The notes below the pieces were generated by a model. The model was not told where the DNA came from. It did no database searches and saw only the letters and a program-made list of their open reading frames with translations. 64,000 nucleotides of DNA from IMG/VR virus record IMGVR_UViG_3300023174_000156, positions 4,396 to 68,395 of that record. The stretch is one strand, 5' to 3'. The position numbers were made by a program, and so were the translations under genes. Shown here piece by piece: positions 24,091-33,762 of the stretch. Each line of letters opens with the position of its first letter. Within the stretch, counting starts at the first letter, position 1. The DNA is from a virus.

Positions 24091-24381
24091 CTATTCTCCC
24101 TTTGTTAGTTGTTCTAAAAGATCCATTTCAATTATAGCAAGTCTTACTTTTGTATTGCCTTCACCCAAAATAACAATTATTGCAGGAGATTTATCAATTC
24201 CTGATTTAATAGAATCAGTAACAGCCTTAGCCCACACATCTTTGTTTAAAGTAAAAGATTTGCTAACCTCTTTAAAATCAACAATAAAGTTTCTCCATGT
24301 GGCATCTCCCTTTTTATTGTTACGACCTGAGTTCTTGTGTTGTTTGGCACCAATTCTTTTAGACTCACTTCTTTCACTCAT
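24091..24381 (-). CDS. PD-(D/E)XK Holliday junction resolvase-like nuclease
   Basis: E..R.GA....NSG....KGDA....F.VDFKE. Confidence 0.7.
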   Translation of the reverse strand: MSERSESKRIGAKQHKNSGRNNKKGDATWRNFIVDFKEVSKSFTLNKDVWAKAVTDSIKSGIDKSPAIIVILGEGNTKVRLAIIEMDLLEQLTKGE

Positions 24382-24556
24382 TTATAAAATCCTTTTTCTT
24401 TCTTTTAGGTGGTATTAATCCAACTTTTGATATATGTTTTTTAGAACACATCCAAGTTGCATCTCCAGTTTCTCTCCAATACCTTAAAGATAAAACCTCT
24501 TCTTGACAGGTTTTGCATGGAAACTTTCCTGGATAAACTGTAAATTCTTTAGACAT
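24374..24556 (-). CDS. Small zinc-finger protein
   Basis: CKTC...WMCSKKH. Confidence 0.6.
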   Translation of the reverse strand: MSKEFTVYPGKFPCKTCQEEVLSLRYWRETGDATWMCSKKHISKVGLIPPKRKKKDFINE

Positions 24557-25562
24557 TACTCAACTTATTTTTTAATTGTTGTTGTAAATCTAAATCTTCC
24601 TTTATCCTATTAACTATTCCATCTCTTCCCTGAACCTTTGTGCCATCATCTAATTGATACCAAGCACCAGTTCTATTTAATAAACCAACAGACTCTGCTG
24701 TATCAACAAGATCTCCAATAGCATCAATGCCAATGTTATCTCCACGGAAATAAAAATCGTATTCTCCTGATTGAAATCCTGGAGATGTTTTAGAAAATTG
24801 TAGTTCCCAACGAATCTTTCTTCCTATCTTTTCTTCAATTAACTTATCTCCAATTTTTATCTTACCTTTTATTGCCTGATTGTCAGACTCTGAAGAAAAT
24901 AATTTAACAATACAAGAAGAATAAAACTTAGTAGCCTGTCCGCCAGAAGGTTGTTGACTGGTATACATAGCACTAATATTATTTCTTGATTGAGAAATAA
25001 GAACAAGCAATGTAGGTTTTACTTTGTTGTTAGCGTAGTTAAGCATTTTCCAAGCATTGCTAAAGTCTCTTGACTCTGCCCCAATTTGTTTGGTATTTTC
25101 AAGAGCCTTCATTTCATCTGTATCTTTTTCAAAATAGATTGCGGGTAGCATAGAAGTAATAGAATCAACTACAATCAAATCAACTCCAGCATTCATAAGA
25201 CCAACGCCAACATCTACCATATCGCTAATAGTTCTTGCTTGTGAGTAGATTAATTTAGTGGGATCTACTCCTAACTGCCGTGCCCAATCTTCAGAGTAAG
25301 ACATCTCAGAATCAATCCATGCACAAACCTTGCCCTCTTTTTGTGCTAAAGCAATCATTTGTAAACACATTGATGATTTTGCTGAAGACTTGCTTCCCCA
25401 AATTAATACCTGTCTGCCATATGGCAAGCCTCCACCTAGTGCACGATTTAATCCAAAACTTGGAGTTGGCTGATACTCAAATGTAACACCCTCACCTGTA
25501 CCTAAACGCTTACGTATTCTTGGGTCTAACTGTGATAATACGTCCTCTATACTAACTGACAT
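24549..25562 (-). CDS. recA: RecA-like recombinase
   Basis: LNRALGGGLPYGR, WIDSE, LIVVDS, GGQATKFYSS, GAWY; variant Walker A GSKSSAKS. Confidence 0.9.
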   Translation of the reverse strand: MSVSIEDVLSQLDPRIRKRLGTGEGVTFEYQPTPSFGLNRALGGGLPYGRQVLIWGSKSSAKSSMCLQMIALAQKEGKVCAWIDSEMSYSEDWARQLGVDPTKLIYSQARTISDMVDVGVGLMNAGVDLIVVDSITSMLPAIYFEKDTDEMKALENTKQIGAESRDFSNAWKMLNYANNKVKPTLLVLISQSRNNISAMYTSQQPSGGQATKFYSSCIVKLFSSESDNQAIKGKIKIGDKLIEEKIGRKIRWELQFSKTSPGFQSGEYDFYFRGDNIGIDAIGDLVDTAESVGLLNRTGAWYQLDDGTKVQGRDGIVNRIKEDLDLQQQLKNKLSNV

Positions 25563-28500
25563 TTACATCCTCCATTATAACTGTTCCATCTTTAGTTTTA
25601 CCGAAACTAAACTTATATGCTTTGCCTTCTTCTATGTGCATGTATGCTTTTGGAAATGCTGTTGGAAATACAGTAACAGAATGCAAATCTCTTGAAGTAT
25701 CTGCTAATGTAAGTGAAGCCATTTTCTTACCAGTTTTCGTCATTCTTGGTTTAAATGAAACAACAAACATTTCTTGTTCTGTATATGGTAATTGTTTATA
25801 ACCTAAAAACTTTACAAGAGCGTTTGAAGATCCTTTTATTTCATCAACAGGAACTGCAGAAACAATCCTGTTGTCATTAGCAAGAACCAAGTAAGTACGA
25901 CCCGTCTCAATAGTTGTTCCTTCTTCATCAAATATACCAACAGACCCAGTTTTGTCCAAAATTTCAACTCGTGACCATCCTTTTCCTCGTTTGATTGCTT
26001 TAGCCATTCCTAATAAAATAAAAGAACCCTTTTCTTCAAAGTCACAAACATCTTGAATAAAAGCATAATAGTGTGAAGGTATAGTTATGTTAAACTCTGG
26101 AAGATTTAAATATTCATAAATGTTTTCTTTAATCTCTGTATCATTTCTAGGATTATCTGAAAAAGTTGCTGCACCTACTAAACGCATTGCTGCTAATGCA
26201 CGACTATTCACCCCATTACCTTTTGTAAATGTAAACTCTTCAAGTTCTTTATAAGACTTAAATGGTCTTGCTGCAATATATTTGTTTGCAATGTTATTGG
26301 ATATATACTTAATACTAGTTAGTCCAAACCTAATTCCTTTACCTTCAATTTTAAAATCTAAATCAGAGTCATTAATATGTGGAAGTTTAATTGATATTCC
26401 CATACGTTTTGCTTCAATTAAATACTCTGTGCGCCCGTCTTTATCTTTCTCATTTTTAAGAAGAGCAAACATAAACTCAAGAGGATAATAATATTTTAAC
26501 CACGCCGTCCAATACGAGAGAGTAGAGTAAGCAACTGCGTGGCTCTTGTTAAACGAGTACCCCGCATGCGCTTCGAAATCATGCCATAAATCACGAGCCT
26601 GATTAGGAGCAATATAGGCAGAAGCACCAGCAATAAAACGCTCTTTATAAGTATCGAACTCTTTGGCGTCTTTCTTTTTTCCAATGATTTTTCTAACTTT
26701 ATCTGCTTCAGACATGGACATTTGTCCAAGGTGTACGCATGCTTGCATAACCTGCTCTTGGTAAAGAATGCAACCATATGTGTCCTCCGTATAAGGCTTT
26801 AAGATCTGATGTAAATATGATACAGCCTGTTTTCCATGTTTACGAGCAACATAATCTTTACCAATAGTATTCATGGCTCCTGGACGAACAAGGGCATTTG
26901 ATGCTGCAAGTTCGTTAAAGTTTTTTACTCCCATCTTAACTAATAAGTTTGTATATGGTGTTGCTTCACATTGAAATACGCCTTTTGTATACCCGTCTGA
27001 AAGCATTTCATAAACTTTTGGATCTGATAAATCTAAAGATAATAAGTCTATTTCTTTGTAATGATTTTCTTTTATCATTGCAACTGCATCTTGAATAACA
27101 CTTAATGTTTTTAAACCAAGCGCATCAATCTTAATAAGACCAATCTTTTCAGCCTCTTCCATGTCAACGCCAACCACAGGTATGCGATCATCGGATCCAG
27201 GAGAAGAACGAGTTTCCAATGGCGCAAACCTAAAGATTGGATCCTTACTAGTAACCACACCAGCAGCATGAATGCCAGTACCTCTAATACGACCTCGTAA
27301 TTGTTCGCCATAAATTTCTACCTCTGGATATTTCTCTCTAAACCATTCTGTGGTTTTTGATCTACAAAACTCGTCCCAAGTATCAACTAGTTTTAAAACT
27401 TTATTAACATCTGTTAATGGAATATCTAATATTCTTGCAACATCTCTTACGACACCTTTATCTTTAAATTCTAAAAAGGTTGCAATAGAAGCAACATGTC
27501 TATACTGTCTAACTAAATAATCTTTTACTTCATCACGACGTGTATCCTGAATGTCTGTATCAATATCAGGGAAGTCATTACGATCTGGATTAATAAAACG
27601 AAAAAATAACAAACCATGTTGTATTGGATCAATTGTTGTGATACCAAGTAGATAACAAACTAAAGAACCAGCAGATGATCCACGACCTGGACCAACAAGA
27701 ATTCCTTCTTTCTTTGCCCAGTTAATCATATTACTTACTACAAGAAAGTATGGTGCAAATTTTTTATTACGAATAATTTCTAACTCTTCATTAAGTCTTT
27801 GCTCATATATATCATTGCCAAGCCAATTGCTATTAAGTCTATACTTTTCAAGACCTGCAAATGCTAAGTTTGCCAATTCTTGATCTGGATTTTTATACTG
27901 AACTGGAAGAAGATTTAAACCATCTTGAATATTATAATCTTCTATTGTGTTTGCTAATAGTATTGTGTTTGAATAAATATCTTCTCTGTCAATACCTTGT
28001 TTTTCCATAGCAGCCTTTATTTCTTTGTATGATAAAAGATGTATGTCAAACTTATTAAAGGTAATTTGTCTGTCTTCTCCGTAAAGATAGTCAAGTCTTT
28101 CCATCATATCTTTTTTCTTTTTAGATTTTTCATATGAAGATTCTTTGTTTATCTTTGCGTGTGTATTTAAAAGTAGTTTAAACTCTTGTATTTCTCTTTG
28201 AGAAGTATCTGAGTGATGACAATCTGGCGTTACAACAGCCTTTATATTAAACTCATCTGCAAGTTCAAGTAAAGATTTATTTATTTCGGGGGTATTGTGT
28301 GGCATTACCTCAACATAGTAGTCACTACCAAAATTATCTTTAAACCATTTTATATGTTTTTTAGCAATAGCAAATTCTTGTTCTTCTAATGCTTTAACTA
28401 AAACACTGCTTGGACAAGCAGATGTTACGATTATGCCTTCTTTATATTTTTGTAATATTGCAAAATCAAATCTTGGTTTTTTAAAAAACCCATCTGTCCA

Positions 28501-28839
28501 TGCAATTTCACTAATTTTGTTAAGATTTTCTAAACCTTTTTGGTTCTTGGCTAGAAGGATAATGTGGTTATAGACAAGATCTTGTTGACCTTCTCTTTCA
28601 GACTTATCTCTTTTATCAGATATGTCTGCACACATGTATCCTTCTAAACCAAGGATAGGCTTTACATTATTTGCTTTTGCAATACGGTGCAGTTCCCTAT
28701 GCCCAGATAAAGTACCGTGGTCAGTGATGGCAATTGCTGGCATCCCTAACTCAACTGCACGGTTCACGTATTCTTCTGGAGTAGCAACACCATCAAATAA
28801 CGAATAGTGTGTATGTAAATGTAAGCCTACGTAATTCAT
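25552..28839 (-). CDS. dnaE: DNA polymerase III alpha subunit
   Basis: HLHTHYSLFDG PHP domain, GRGSSAGSL, PDIDTD, HAAG, KIDALGL, YSFNKSH, C-terminal OB fold. Confidence 0.95.
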   Translation of the reverse strand: MNYVGLHLHTHYSLFDGVATPEEYVNRAVELGMPAIAITDHGTLSGHRELHRIAKANNVKPILGLEGYMCADISDKRDKSEREGQQDLVYNHIILLAKNQKGLENLNKISEIAWTDGFFKKPRFDFAILQKYKEGIIVTSACPSSVLVKALEEQEFAIAKKHIKWFKDNFGSDYYVEVMPHNTPEINKSLLELADEFNIKAVVTPDCHHSDTSQREIQEFKLLLNTHAKINKESSYEKSKKKKDMMERLDYLYGEDRQITFNKFDIHLLSYKEIKAAMEKQGIDREDIYSNTILLANTIEDYNIQDGLNLLPVQYKNPDQELANLAFAGLEKYRLNSNWLGNDIYEQRLNEELEIIRNKKFAPYFLVVSNMINWAKKEGILVGPGRGSSAGSLVCYLLGITTIDPIQHGLLFFRFINPDRNDFPDIDTDIQDTRRDEVKDYLVRQYRHVASIATFLEFKDKGVVRDVARILDIPLTDVNKVLKLVDTWDEFCRSKTTEWFREKYPEVEIYGEQLRGRIRGTGIHAAGVVTSKDPIFRFAPLETRSSPGSDDRIPVVGVDMEEAEKIGLIKIDALGLKTLSVIQDAVAMIKENHYKEIDLLSLDLSDPKVYEMLSDGYTKGVFQCEATPYTNLLVKMGVKNFNELAASNALVRPGAMNTIGKDYVARKHGKQAVSYLHQILKPYTEDTYGCILYQEQVMQACVHLGQMSMSEADKVRKIIGKKKDAKEFDTYKERFIAGASAYIAPNQARDLWHDFEAHAGYSFNKSHAVAYSTLSYWTAWLKYYYPLEFMFALLKNEKDKDGRTEYLIEAKRMGISIKLPHINDSDLDFKIEGKGIRFGLTSIKYISNNIANKYIAARPFKSYKELEEFTFTKGNGVNSRALAAMRLVGAATFSDNPRNDTEIKENIYEYLNLPEFNITIPSHYYAFIQDVCDFEEKGSFILLGMAKAIKRGKGWSRVEILDKTGSVGIFDEEGTTIETGRTYLVLANDNRIVSAVPVDEIKGSSNALVKFLGYKQLPYTEQEMFVVSFKPRMTKTGKKMASLTLADTSRDLHSVTVFPTAFPKAYMHIEEGKAYKFSFGKTKDGTVIMEDVNVS

Positions 28840-28840
28840 C

Positions 28841-29497
28841 TTACCAATCTACGTTGGTTGCAGATGAAGTTGTTGGACCGTCAAAGCCTAAGTAAAACGC
28901 TTCTTGTTCAGCATAAGGAATTTTCTTTAATGCTAACTCAAGAGGATAAGGCTTGTATGCTGACCAGTCAAATGGCTCTGTGTCTGGTGCACTTGGAATA
29001 GTTGTGTAACTTGTTTCAGTACCCTGACCGTTACGCTTTACTTTCCAAACCACATTTGAGATACTGCCAGTTTCTAAGGCGTACTCACGAATTGTATTAA
29101 ATGCTGATTGCTTGCTAACACCCATTGACCAAATAGCCACATAAGGTGGTTCAATGCCATCGTCAACTAGAACATTGCAATAGAAGCGAAGACGTGCTCT
29201 CCAGCCAGCCTTTGGATCTTTGCGGTGCATCTCTTCTGCCCAGTCACGACCTTCTGACTCCATTGTATCTACAGCCTTGCGCTTATAGTCTTTTGGATTT
29301 GTATGTTCTTTGACAACTAAAGCAAGACCACGATCTGCATTATAGTTTGCAGAGTCTTCATCTAGTTCTTCAACAAAACGTATTTTTGCTGATTGACCAT
29401 CGGCAAGTTTTAACCATCTTACCTTTGGTGAGTTTTCATCATATTTTGGTTTGTCGAGCAGGGCATTTATATTTTTGAGTCCCTTTACTACGCTCAT
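28841..29497 (-). CDS. Single-stranded DNA-binding protein (gp32-like)
   Basis: WLKLADGQSAKIRF, KRNGQGTETSY, acidic/aromatic C-terminus; located between primase and polymerase. Confidence 0.65.
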   Translation of the reverse strand: MSVVKGLKNINALLDKPKYDENSPKVRWLKLADGQSAKIRFVEELDEDSANYNADRGLALVVKEHTNPKDYKRKAVDTMESEGRDWAEEMHRKDPKAGWRARLRFYCNVLVDDGIEPPYVAIWSMGVSKQSAFNTIREYALETGSISNVVWKVKRNGQGTETSYTTIPSAPDTEPFDWSAYKPYPLELALKKIPYAEQEAFYLGFDGPTTSSATNVDW

Positions 29498-29521
29498 ATT
29501 TTTCTCCTTCGATTTGTTATT

Positions 29522-30445
29522 TTAGTTTAACATAGATGATATAGATTTGTCAAATTGAAACTCAAGGCTCCTAATTGCATCATCATCCATATCGCCTATA
29601 TCTTTATATTTTTTATCTATATTTACTACGCTGACTAATGAGCCAAGTTTTTCAATTAACTTATCTCTCATTATTGCGCCAGCCTCATCATTGTCTGCAA
29701 CAAGTACAACATTATTGAAGTACTTTTCTAATAACTTAATCTGCGATGCAGATACGTTAGCGCCCAGAGTTGCAACTGCTGGGAATCCTACTTGATCTAG
29801 CCTTATAGCATCAAAAGATGATTCAACTACATATACTAAACTGGATGCCTTAATTCTGTGTAAATTAAATAACAATTTACCTTTTGGAAGTCCTGGAGTA
29901 TTTTTAAACTCTTTGCCTTCAATAGATCTACCAACAAAGCCAAGAGTCATTCCATCTGGAGAATGAACTGGTATTGTGACCATATCTTGTTTTTCTGAAT
30001 ATCCTAAAGCAAACTTTTTTACTGATTCTTCTGTTATAAGTCTATTAAAGTAGTATCTCATTGCTCTTGGAGATTCTAGCGCTTGATTGTTTAATCTTTT
30101 AATTAATACTTCATCATATTGAACAAAGTCTGGTGGAGCATACATTGTTTTATTAATTACATTCTCAATGTTTGTTTCTGTTTGCTTACTTTTTATATAT
30201 CGTGCTGCTTCAAAATAAGTTCTGCCAGTTACAAACATAACAAATTCTTCAAGATTTTTTGTGGTTTGACAACCAAAGCAAAAGAACAAACCGCTATCTT
30301 TTGCAACTTCTGCAGCAGGGGTTCTTGTGTTATTGTGATATGGACAATAAATAATAAAGTCATTTCCAAACTCTGCCTCTACATCAATGCCAGCACCACT
30401 TAGAACTCTTTGTATTTGTTCTTTGCTATAAATATTATTTACCAT
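29522..30445 (-). CDS. dnaG: DNA primase
   Basis: CPYH...FFCFGC zinc finger; TOPRIM VVESSFDA, DNDEAG, KDIGD. Confidence 0.9.
   Translation of the reverse strand: MVNNIYSKEQIQRVLSGAGIDVEAEFGNDFIIYCPYHNNTRTPAAEVAKDSGLFFCFGCQTTKNLEEFVMFVTGRTYFEAARYIKSKQTETNIENVINKTMYAPPDFVQYDEVLIKRLNNQALESPRAMRYYFNRLITEESVKKFALGYSEKQDMVTIPVHSPDGMTLGFVGRSIEGKEFKNTPGLPKGKLLFNLHRIKASSLVYVVESSFDAIRLDQVGFPAVATLGANVSASQIKLLEKYFNNVVLVADNDEAGAIMRDKLIEKLGSLVSVVNIDKKYKDIGDMDDDAIRSLEFQFDKSISSMLN
29524..29553 (-). promoter_or_regulatory. sigma70-type promoter for ssb-dnaE-recA
   Basis: TTGACA-18 nt-TAAACT with TG extension. Confidence 0.55.
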
Positions 30446-31658
30446 CTTCGTAATCCTTATATCTATAATAGCCTTTATCAAAATCTACTTGTACTAAAAA
30501 GTCACCCATAAAACCATTTCTATTTTTTCTAAATACACATTCAATAATATCACTATTGGTAGCACGACCTAATGCCATTACCCAGTCAGCATCATAGGCA
30601 ATTTGTCTTGACCATGCTGTTTGACCAAGTGTTGGGGCACTGCTTAAATCTTTTACGTCGTCAGGGGTAGCAGATGAAATAGCAATAATAGGAACCTCTT
30701 CACTAATAGCCATTAGTTTAAGTTCTCTTGAAAGGTTTTTCATACGTACCGTTTCATTATCAGATTTTTGGTTTGGAGACATAAGTTGTAAGTAGTCAAC
30801 AATAACAAAGTCTGGCTTATATTGATCAATCTTTCCACGAACTACGGATGGATTTACTTCTCCACCATTATCGTTTGAGATAATATGAAACTCTGGTTTA
30901 CCTGCTATTTTATTAGCATGCCAATTTTTTAACATATCAAGTTCTACTTCACCATTACTTAATTTACGGTGAGACCAAAGACCTTCACCCATAATTGCAA
31001 ATACACGATTACGAACTTCTGTCTCAGACATTTCGAGTGATATGACTAATGGAGACTTGCCTTGCTTCCATGCTTGTACTGCAAAGTAAAGAGCAAGCCA
31101 AGATTTGCCAATGCCTGGATATGCTAAGAACACACCAAGTTGTCCTGGCATAATTCCAGAAGGTAGGTAATTGTCAAATCCTGGCAAACCTGTTTTAATT
31201 CCAACTTGACCAGTTAATTTTTGTTGTTGAATCTTTTCAAAATATGCAACGGCAGAGTCAAGATCTGTAGCATCAATGTCACGTATAGCAGAAGTATTTT
31301 TCTTTAACTCAGATGTTTTTGTAATAAGCCCGTTGAGTGCTTCTGTACCGTTGCCAACCTGTACCTCACCTGCTGCAGATCTTAAAATATCCTTAAGGCT
31401 ATCATTTAAATATTCTGTTTGTAACTCTTCAAGATGGTGTTTAGTAGCCCCAACACCTTCTATTGGCTGAAAATCTCTAAATTTTTCTATTACTAAAGAC
31501 GCTGGTGGAATAGATCCATTATTATCAAAATATAAACGAATAAAATTCCATACATCATTATGGGTTCTAAGAAGATTTTCTACATTGGCTTGTAACAATA
31601 CATGCATTTGTTTATCTTGTAATACTGCTGAAATAACTTTTGCTTCTGTATTATTCAC
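30435..31658 (-). CDS. dnaB: DnaB-like replicative helicase
   Basis: AYPGIGKS Walker A, SLEM, VIVDYLQLM, YDAD, KNRNG. Confidence 0.92.
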   Translation of the reverse strand: MNNTEAKVISAVLQDKQMHVLLQANVENLLRTHNDVWNFIRLYFDNNGSIPPASLVIEKFRDFQPIEGVGATKHHLEELQTEYLNDSLKDILRSAAGEVQVGNGTEALNGLITKTSELKKNTSAIRDIDATDLDSAVAYFEKIQQQKLTGQVGIKTGLPGFDNYLPSGIMPGQLGVFLAYPGIGKSWLALYFAVQAWKQGKSPLVISLEMSETEVRNRVFAIMGEGLWSHRKLSNGEVELDMLKNWHANKIAGKPEFHIISNDNGGEVNPSVVRGKIDQYKPDFVIVDYLQLMSPNQKSDNETVRMKNLSRELKLMAISEEVPIIAISSATPDDVKDLSSAPTLGQTAWSRQIAYDADWVMALGRATNSDIIECVFRKNRNGFMGDFLVQVDFDKGYYRYKDYEDGK

Positions 31659-31959
31659 TTAACCACCTTCTTGCTAATTTTCTACGCTCTGTTCGTTCTT
31701 TAATATCTTGTTCTATATCTAGTTTACCATTAAGAATTTTTTCTGCATTATAAGCAAAATAATTCCAACTTGGCTCTTGTGCAATACTAAAATAATATTC
31801 AAGTAAATCATAGCAACCAGAAATACCATAAGACTCTATAAGGGAGTCAGCAGACCATTGCTCTACGTTTAAATTTAAAGATGGCTTTTGCTCGTATTTT
31901 GCTGTGTGCAATTTACTATACCTACTAAGCAAAGCCATACGGTCTTTGCGGTCAGCCAT
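31651..31959 (-). CDS. Hypothetical protein (possible helicase loader)
   Basis: 102 aa ORF coupled to dnaB. Confidence 0.55.
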   Translation of the reverse strand: MADRKDRMALLSRYSKLHTAKYEQKPSLNLNVEQWSADSLIESYGISGCYDLLEYYFSIAQEPSWNYFAYNAEKILNGKLDIEQDIKERTERRKLARRWLSE

Positions 31960-32171
31960 TAATTATCGCTGTCAGCCTCTAGTTGTGCCTCTTTGATTTT
32001 TTCTGTTAATTTGTCTTCAACAAATTTATACACTCTATCAAAGGCTTGATCATCATCTTCGTTATTACGTTTTGAATCAACCACCCCAAGATCAATTCTT
32101 AATGATTGGAAATTACCCAAATTAAGAGTATATCCCAGCGTTACTGATACCTTTGTATTTTCGTTTTCCAT
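31959..32171 (-). CDS. Hypothetical protein
   Basis: KVSVTLGYTLNLGNFQSLRID; SD GGTGGGG before ATG 32171. Confidence 0.65.
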   Translation of the reverse strand: MENENTKVSVTLGYTLNLGNFQSLRIDLGVVDSKRNNEDDDQAFDRVYKFVEDKLTEKIKEAQLEADSDN

Positions 32172-32190
32172 TACCCCACCTTTTCTTGTT

Positions 32191-32733
32191 TTAAATATTT
32201 TCCGACCAGATCGGAATATACCTTCCATCATCTGTTCTTGTATATGTAAGTATACCTTTTCCCATTCGCCGTGTCAACTCTTGGTTAGTTGGCGTCATAT
32301 TATTTGTTACTAGTCCATCTTTTCTTGGTTGCCCCATATGTATAGATGCCAGTATATCACGAATTGCCTGCACCGTGCTTTCTGAGTAATAAGATCTTAT
32401 CTGCCAACCCCTTTCGCCATTTAATCTTGACCCTACTGGTGGAGGAATAATTCCCTTTTTCATTAATGTTGGCATATATTTTCTATGACGATTAATTAAC
32501 TTAGCAGTCTCAGCAACAGTATAAGCCTTTTCTCTATTTTTTCTAAAATCAGTACGCAGGCAAGTTTCAATTCTGTCTTTGGTAATATTATATACTGATA
32601 CCAATCCAGTAGATCTAGAACTATGATAGAGTCTTACTAGGTCTCCGTTAAGAAACCATATTTTTTTACTTCCCTTTATTACAGAATCGTTATTGTAAAT
32701 TTCGCTCTCAATAATTCCTTTTCCAGTAACCAT
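32191..32733 (-). CDS. MerR-like HTH DNA-binding protein
   Basis: YTVAETAKLINRHRKY...GIIPPP...RSYYSE. Confidence 0.6.
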   Translation of the reverse strand: MVTGKGIIESEIYNNDSVIKGSKKIWFLNGDLVRLYHSSRSTGLVSVYNITKDRIETCLRTDFRKNREKAYTVAETAKLINRHRKYMPTLMKKGIIPPPVGSRLNGERGWQIRSYYSESTVQAIRDILASIHMGQPRKDGLVTNNMTPTNQELTRRMGKGILTYTRTDDGRYIPIWSENI

Positions 32734-32870
32734 TTACCCTCTCCGCTTTCCATGGGTGGGTGAAAAAATTTTCTAGTTCCACATCGAACGCAATACGTTT
32801 CTATATGTTGAATGCTTGTATATTGTCTGTCAACAAACAATCGCCCACCACATTTTTTACAAAAAAGCAT
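32679..32870 (-). CDS. Zinc-ribbon protein
   Basis: CKKCGGR...YCVRCG. Confidence 0.65.
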   Translation of the reverse strand: MLFCKKCGGRLFVDRQYTSIQHIETYCVRCGTRKFFHPPMESGEGKWLLEKELLRAKFTITIL

Positions 32871-32879
32871 AATTAACTT

Positions 32880-33323
32880 TTAATTTGGAATACCAACGGC
32901 AATTAGATTTACAGCAAGAGATAGGTTTCCAGATGCTCCAAACCTTACAAACCCATCAACCTTAGACGTAGTTGGTTTTTGTAAAACAACTGTAACGTTT
33001 TGACCAGCCTCTGTGTTTCCAATGTTTAATGCTGTTGCTGTAACTATTGGTGGGAATTTAAAATCATTTTGGAATGAGTAGGTAAATGCTCTTTCGTTAC
33101 CCGCACTTACAATACTGTTTGTAAAAATCTCTACATATCCACCAACAACTCTTGCGTTTGATGTTTTTATAGTTTCTTTAATTGATGGACCATTATCAAT
33201 GCTTGTAAAGTTATATGCTGCAGAAGAAACCTCTGTAGATAAATCATTAATAGTTTTAGCCAACTCATAGATATATGTAACATCTAGTGGTTGCCCACGT
33301 TCTGGTAGCGGTATTTTTGCCAT
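32880..33323 (-). CDS. Minor tail/structural protein
   Basis: F...FKFPPIVTAT (H-type lectin-like beta fold); AGGAGG SD and TGGTATAAT upstream. Confidence 0.55.
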   Translation of the reverse strand: MAKIPLPERGQPLDVTYIYELAKTINDLSTEVSSAAYNFTSIDNGPSIKETIKTSNARVVGGYVEIFTNSIVSAGNERAFTYSFQNDFKFPPIVTATALNIGNTEAGQNVTVVLQKPTTSKVDGFVRFGASGNLSLAVNLIAVGIPN

Positions 33324-33339
33324 TGTTCCTCCTATTTAA

Positions 33340-33762
33340 TTATACCAAAGAAACTATACTTGATTCAAATATAGTCAATTCAGCATTTCTTACTTTGTTA
33401 ATACCTTCAACCTGTATGGCTACTCTAACATTTGTTGTGCCAGTATTAATAAAACTATATGTATGGATTGGAGAAGTTCCATGATATGCATAACTTCCTC
33501 CATCAAACTTTACAAATATATCATATTTTGGTCTAGTGTTTTCATCTCCCCAAATAACTGTAGAGGCATTGCCATTAACAATTAATCTACCACTAACTAC
33601 CTCTATATCTGGAGCAGTTGCTGAAAATATTGGAGACCAATGAGAATATCTGTTTTTATCATCAGAAATAATCCTATATCTCATTGAGTATTCATTATTA
33701 TCTCCTACAGGTGGTAGTTGATTTTTAGGAATAATTAATTTTTTAATACCTGCGTCAGCCAT
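33340..33762 (-). CDS. Minor tail protein
   Basis: Beta-rich ORF at the end of the tail operon. Confidence 0.5.
   Translation of the reverse strand: MADAGIKKLIIPKNQLPPVGDNNEYSMRYRIISDDKNRYSHWSPIFSATAPDIEVVSGRLIVNGNASTVIWGDENTRPKYDIFVKFDGGSYAYHGTSPIHTYSFINTGTTNVRVAIQVEGINKVRNAELTIFESSIVSLV

Noticed and set aside
25552-28839. Inteins or introns in DnaE (also TerL, DnaB, NrdJ)
   Set aside because: Lengths are normal and motifs contiguous; no intein terminal motifs or frame breaks seen
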